Shown piece by piece: positions 59,858 through 64,000 of a stretch of 64,000 bases of DNA (the stretch's first letter is position 1; each line of letters starts with the position of its first letter). The stretch is taken from positions 160,001-224,000 of the forward strand of contig JANZKC010000003.1 of NCBI GenBank assembly GCA_025061115.1, given 5' to 3'. The notes under the pieces are model-generated. The model worked only from the letters and a program-made list of their open reading frames with translations, did not search any database and was not told where the DNA came from. The DNA comes from Candidatus Culexmicrobium cathedralense. Lineage in GTDB: Archaea; Thermoproteota; Methanomethylicia; Culexarchaeales; Culexmicrobiaceae. The position numbers and the translations under genes are program-made.

Positions 59858-62071
59858 ATGGGAAGGTGGAGTCCATTAAATAAGCCCAGCCCAGAAGAGG
59901 CCAGGCAATTCCTAGCTGAAAAAGGCTTCTTAATCGAAGTAAAATCTTTAAGTAATTCATTTAACGTATATAAGGTATTGCTGCACGGCCCAGATGGGAA
60001 TCTCCATGAACAAAAGTGTGAGCACTTATCAGGCTATTCTCCAACAGCTATCATTAACTTTCTTAAAAGCTATAATATTAATGAAAATGACCTCCCTGAT
60101 TTTTTAGCAGCCATATCCTCAATCATTGAAGCAATTTTACCTCAAAAGTTTAGGTTTGTGCTTGATGATGGCACAATAATTGAGCCTGAAGCCAGTGATG
60201 GCTTAGCAGTCAACCCCGCAATGTTGTTTGTAAGACACGAAAATTTCACGATTGTAGGTGAATTAACTTACCTTAAAAGTAAGGTGAAGATTCCTGATAA
60301 GCGAAGAGGTTTCAAGGAAATTATAGGTTATGAGCCTTTCCTAGTAATTGCGAGGTATGAAGGATCAGAAATTAAGAGGGATTTTAAGCCTTTGAGAAAG
60401 CTGGAATTTATTGATGTTGGAGACATCCCAGTTAGGTTAGATTGGCGCGGGAGGGCTTCAAGTCCTCTTAAAACCGTTATGAAGCTTGAAACAATTGGCG
60501 ATTTCATGAAAGGTGCTATTTCTCCCCACTTCAAGGAGTTATTTGATGAGGCTCTAAGTAACATAAAGAAATTCATTGACTTTTGGTGGGATCAGCGCCT
60601 ATATACTTTAACTGCAGTCTATTGTATGTCCACGTACTTTGCCGACTTCTTCACAGCATTTCCATTTCTCTACTTTTATGGTCCTCCAGGAACTGGAAAA
60701 ACTAGGGCTGGCAAGACAATTACTTTAATGAGTAGAAGAGGCTTCATAGTAACTGATCCTACTGAAGCATCCATTTACAGAACTGCTGAAGCATTCAAGC
60801 CTACATTCCTCTTCGATGAATCCATTATGCGCAAAGAGCTTTGGAAGCTGGTTAGAGCTGCATTTAAAGCTGGGGCTCAAATTCCGAGAGTAACTAAAGT
60901 TAGGGGTGAATACTTTGAATTATCATTTTTTGATCCATACTCACCGTACATTTTTGCAAGCACTGAAACTCCTGAAGAGTTAGGTGGAAGTGAAGCAGAC
61001 TTAACTAGAACTATCATAATAGTTATGAAATTTGGTCGAGATCCAAGTGGCAGAGATCCTGAACCTAACGACTTTACAAGATTCAGAGAGAAAATGTACT
61101 TGGCAAGACTCACTCGAGCCAATGAAATCATTGAAGCAATAGAGAAAGTTAAATGTTTAGCAAAAACACTTACAGGAAGAGAAAGAGAGGTTTGGCTTCC
61201 ACTTCTATCTTTAGCGAGAGTTATTGATGAAAAAGTTTTCAATGAAATACTTAACCTCGCTGCAGAGCTTTTTGAGGCAAAGAAGCTAGAGCTGTATAGA
61301 GATGAAAGGCTGATAATTGAAGCACTAGAGCGGTTAATGATGGATGAAGCTCAAAAGAGCTTAGGAGATGATCTTTTACTGCGTTTTTATGCGAAAGATC
61401 TCAATGCAATACTGAAGGACATTCTAGTTTTTGAGAGGCAAGAATTAACTGAAAAACAGTTTGAGCGATTTTGGAGCACCAGGAGAATAGGTAAAATACT
61501 TAGTAGAATGGGATTCAAGGGCCGCCTATATAAGGGAATAAAAAGATATACTTTAACTAGAGCAGAGCTCGAGGACCTAAAGCAAAAGTACTTTGCCTTG
61601 AGCTCCAGTGGAAATGAGGGTGGATTTGGTGGGTTTGGTGTATTTTCTGGAGAAAGGGGTACCTCTGAGAAAAACCCACCCCAGCATGAAGCAGAACCAT
61701 CAGAAATAATGATGGAGGGTGGATTTTCTGAAACCCTACCCCTTTTCCGAAAAAACCCACCAAATCCACCAAACCCACCCTTCATTCATGGACAAATATC
61801 AAAAAGCATTCCTCACCACATCCTCACACTAAAGAAGATTAAGCGCGGCGAGATCGATATTCCTGAAGAAGCGCTTCAAAGAGTTTACACTTATATTGAG
61901 AGGAATCTCCCACTTCAAAGAGACTTAATTAAGTTTATAGAGCTTAATGAGCTGCCAAAAGAGGCGCTTACAGTTCTCATCATGAAAGGCAGGGTAATTG
62001 AAAGAAGACTTCCAAGCGGTGAGGTGAGGCTTCTTCCATCCTACGTTTTGGGAGGATGGAGGTGTGGGTGA
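59858..62071 (+). CDS. Putative replication protein / helicase-like P-loop NTPase (DUF3631-like)
   Basis: FYGPPGTGKT Walker A, TFLFDE Walker B, DLTRTIII, GREREVWLPL, wHTH-like C-terminal region. Confidence 0.7.
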   Translation: MGRWSPLNKPSPEEARQFLAEKGFLIEVKSLSNSFNVYKVLLHGPDGNLHEQKCEHLSGYSPTAIINFLKSYNINENDLPDFLAAISSIIEAILPQKFRFVLDDGTIIEPEASDGLAVNPAMLFVRHENFTIVGELTYLKSKVKIPDKRRGFKEIIGYEPFLVIARYEGSEIKRDFKPLRKLEFIDVGDIPVRLDWRGRASSPLKTVMKLETIGDFMKGAISPHFKELFDEALSNIKKFIDFWWDQRLYTLTAVYCMSTYFADFFTAFPFLYFYGPPGTGKTRAGKTITLMSRRGFIVTDPTEASIYRTAEAFKPTFLFDESIMRKELWKLVRAAFKAGAQIPRVTKVRGEYFELSFFDPYSPYIFASTETPEELGGSEADLTRTIIIVMKFGRDPSGRDPEPNDFTRFREKMYLARLTRANEIIEAIEKVKCLAKTLTGREREVWLPLLSLARVIDEKVFNEILNLAAELFEAKKLELYRDERLIIEALERLMMDEAQKSLGDDLLLRFYAKDLNAILKDILVFERQELTEKQFERFWSTRRIGKILSRMGFKGRLYKGIKRYTLTRAELEDLKQKYFALSSSGNEGGFGGFGVFSGERGTSEKNPPQHEAEPSEIMMEGGFSETLPLFRKNPPNPPNPPFIHGQISKSIPHHILTLKKIKRGEIDIPEEALQRVYTYIERNLPLQRDLIKFIELNELPKEALTVLIMKGRVIERRLPSGEVRLLPSYVLGGWRCG
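61613..61786. repeat. Iteron-like palindromic array inside the replication gene (candidate origin)
   Basis: Eight 9-mers GGTG(G/T)RTTT: forward at 61619, 61628, 61637, 61718; reverse at 61672, 61753, 61762, 61771. Confidence 0.75.
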
Positions 62072-62208
62072 TGAGAACTAAAAGTGTCATAGTATTCTGC
62101 TGGCATGGTTACAGAAATCCTCACTTTTGCACTGAGTGCCTGTGGAGGGAGATTTGCAGCATTTCCAATCCTACATTGACCTCTAGTGAGGTGAAGGTTT
62201 GTGCGTGA
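62071..62208 (+). CDS. Small Cys/His-rich protein
   Basis: Manual: MRTKSVIVFCWHGYRNPHFCTECLWREICSISNPTLTSSEVKVCA; overlaps both neighbours. Confidence 0.45.
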   Translation: MRTKSVIVFCWHGYRNPHFCTECLWREICSISNPTLTSSEVKVCA

Positions 62209-62473
62209 GCTAATTAACAAGCAGGGAATACTGGAGGTTGATGGAGACATATATCAGTGCACTATTGTTGGAGCGCAATTTCGAGCTAAAAGGGAAAACA
62301 TCCTTTACATCGACGAGGAAGCGTACTGCAAGCTTCTCACAGGTTGTGAGAAGCCGAACATAGTCATTCTCCTAGTCAAGTTGAACTGCAAAAGTGCTGT
62401 CTGTGAGATCATGCAGAGTGGTAGTATTTGCATTAGAGAATCTAGAAGGAGAGATCAAAAATGCCGAGTGTGA
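62201..62473 (+). CDS. Hypothetical protein
   Basis: 90-aa ORF with GAGGTGA RBS. Confidence 0.5.
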   Translation: MRELINKQGILEVDGDIYQCTIVGAQFRAKRENILYIDEEAYCKLLTGCEKPNIVILLVKLNCKSAVCEIMQSGSICIRESRRRDQKCRV

Positions 62474-62601
62474 AAGTTAGACTTTCAACTCTCGTTAAGC
62501 TCAAGCAACTGAAAAAGAAGTTGAAGACTGCAAGCAGCCTAGATGACGTGATAGTCAGACTGATTCACTTTTACGAGGAGAATAGGGGAGTGAGGAGTTG
62601 A
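62461..62601 (+). CDS. Small RHH/antitoxin-like DNA-binding protein
   Basis: Manual: MPSVKVRLSTLVKLKQLKKKLKTASSLDDVIVRLIHFYEENRGVRS. Confidence 0.6.
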   Translation: MPSVKVRLSTLVKLKQLKKKLKTASSLDDVIVRLIHFYEENRGVRS

Positions 62602-63065
62602 TGCCTGTCGAGCTATTTACATCACCTGAAGAAGTTGCCGAAAGAATTGTTCAGCGAGTTTGGGATGAAGGATGGTTTCTAATAATACCAACGAACTTTA
62701 AAACCATGACGTTCCTCGAGTGGCTAGAGTACAAGTACTACACTCCAGGAACTAAAGAAAATGCATTCTATGAGATCTCGTTGCTTCCGATGATGGCCAT
62801 AATTAAGCCTAAGCCCCACTTCTACAACTTGTGGTTTAATGAACATGAGGAAGAGCTCATTCCCCTCATAAAGAAACACGGCTGCATAATAATTCTAAGA
62901 GACTTCCAACCAGCTGGGATGAACCGCGACTATAAGATAACTGGCAAGATCCTCTTAGTCTTCGAGGATAGGAATGACATGAGAAACTTCCTTGCAAAAA
63001 TGATGATCTTTCACTTCATTAAGTTAAAGTTAAGATCTCCCTTTCGAGGTGTAAGTCTTGACTGA
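62598..63065 (+). CDS. Hypothetical protein
   Basis: 155-aa ORF in the overlapping operon. Confidence 0.6.
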   Translation: MMPVELFTSPEEVAERIVQRVWDEGWFLIIPTNFKTMTFLEWLEYKYYTPGTKENAFYEISLLPMMAIIKPKPHFYNLWFNEHEEELIPLIKKHGCIIILRDFQPAGMNRDYKITGKILLVFEDRNDMRNFLAKMMIFHFIKLKLRSPFRGVSLD

Positions 63066-63708
63066 GAATATCGAGAAGATAAGAAAAGAGTTGGATTCAG
63101 TTTTAGTTGAGGCTGTTAGGCCTACAGCTCAGCTCGGAGTTGAAAACCTCATCGCCTGTGAGTTGGCTCGAGCAGTGTTCAGCAAGCCTCTTGAGAAGAT
63201 TCGGCACATCTTGGAAGCCTATCTTCTAATTTCAAATGAGAAGAGAAGGGAGTTGCTAGGTATATGTGATGATGAACATGAGGAGCTTATAAAAATATAT
63301 AAGCTGTGCCTAGACTTGCAAAGAACAATATTCATGGAAGATAGATACTGTGAAATGAGAACTGCAGCTATACCTTGGAGCTTCACTGCCAAGGAGATTT
63401 ATAAGTACTTGGACTGGATCGGTAATTTTGTACCATACCATTACCCATTAGTCTCATATTATAAAAAGTTAGATTATATGAAGAAATTCTACTATGCAAG
63501 TAAATTAGGAAATCTAACATGGATGACTGCAAGAGAAGTTCAAACACGCTTCATACAATATGCAATGCCTAAAGTGATTCGCATAATGCGCTTATTACTC
63601 GAGAAGATCGTCACGCCAGAAATCTGGTGGCAATCACTTCAAATCATAAGTGGAAAAGTTAAGGTAAAGGAGCGAGATCAACGTGCAGCATTACAGAGTG
63701 AAGCCTAG
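63058..63708 (+). CDS. Hypothetical protein
   Basis: 216-aa helical ORF directly upstream of the ATPase. Confidence 0.6.
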   Translation: MTENIEKIRKELDSVLVEAVRPTAQLGVENLIACELARAVFSKPLEKIRHILEAYLLISNEKRRELLGICDDEHEELIKIYKLCLDLQRTIFMEDRYCEMRTAAIPWSFTAKEIYKYLDWIGNFVPYHYPLVSYYKKLDYMKKFYYASKLGNLTWMTAREVQTRFIQYAMPKVIRIMRLLLEKIVTPEIWWQSLQIISGKVKVKERDQRAALQSEA

Positions 63709-64000
63709 CCTCATAGCAGTAAAGTGGCTCAGAGGAATAGAGCATATCAACTTTGGAAGCAAGCCAGTAGTCTTAATGGCTTTAGGCGTTAGAGGAGCAG
63801 GTAAAAGCGCATTCCTAGAAGCAGTAGCAGAGCATTTTTTGGCAAGCGGTCACAGTGTCCTAGACCTGTTTGGAGCCAGGAGCGGAGAAGGCTTAGCATG
63901 GCTTAGGTCACCATGGATACAAGAATTAGACCTCCCAGTACTGCTGATTAAAGGCAGAAATATAGATGTAACTTGCAGCTGGAACGTGAAAAGCTGGGAT
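63698..64000 (+). CDS. P-loop ATPase, N-terminal part (packaging/FtsK-HerA-like candidate), runs off window
   Basis: Manual: MKPSLIAVKWLRG...LMALGVRGAGKSAFLEAVAE...VLDLFGARSGEGLAWLRSPW. Confidence 0.65.
   Translation, partial: MKPSLIAVKWLRGIEHINFGSKPVVLMALGVRGAGKSAFLEAVAEHFLASGHSVLDLFGARSGEGLAWLRSPWIQELDLPVLLIKGRNIDVTCSWNVKSWD

Larger units (their letters stand above)
53552..64000. mobile_element. Integrated virus/plasmid-like element (left part)
   Basis: Tyrosine integrase at the junction, many small RHH/AbrB/Zn-finger genes, serine resolvase, P-loop replication protein, ATPase running off window. Confidence 0.85.

Noticed and set aside
895-61785. Numerous antisense or alternate-frame ORFs in the track (e.g. 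895-1077, 5527-5868, 20969-21373, 24491-24967, 54455-54712, 61387-61785)
   Set aside because: They overlap well-supported genes and lack motifs; 61387-61785 is a by-product of the DNA palindrome

Overview
AT-rich archaeal chromosome segment. The gene content (HdrA/B, group 4 [NiFe]-hydrogenase, LipS1/LipS2, crenarchaeal-type SerRS, box C/D sRNAs) suggests an anaerobic TACK/Thermoproteota lineage; this is inference. (1) 1-11.2 kb: a divergent partial hdrA faces one tightly packed operon: lipoyl-carrier (GcvH-like) protein, polyferredoxin, a cysteine-free HdrC C-terminal-like protein, HdrB, a six-gene membrane-bound group 4 hydrogenase with intact NiFe motifs, and a complete archaeal lipoylation kit (LplB, LipS2, LplA, LipS1). 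This is a candidate H2:lipoyl-disulfide energy-converting system. (2) 11-35.5 kb: housekeeping and accessory genes (serS, a stand-alone nurA-herA pair with a divergent CARF-like/wHTH regulator, P1B ATPase, crt/hbd, peptidases), two clear and one possible box C/D sRNA, and several frameshifted or decayed genes. (3) 35.5-42 kb: a small island with a res-like site plus serine resolvase, a secreted-peptide/ABC exporter cassette and vapBC. (4) 46.5-50.5 kb: a short SMC5/6-like ATPase with kleisin-like and kite-like partners. (5) 53.5 kb to the window end: the left part of an integrated virus/plasmid-like element apparently inserted into a macrodomain gene. It carries a tyrosine integrase, a serine resolvase, a P-loop replication protein with an internal iteron-like palindrome, and a BHB-flanked box C/D-like RNA whose two guides are complementary to tRNA-Asn-like sequence. 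No rRNA, tRNA or CRISPR array was seen. All assignments come from motif recognition by eye; no database searches were run.
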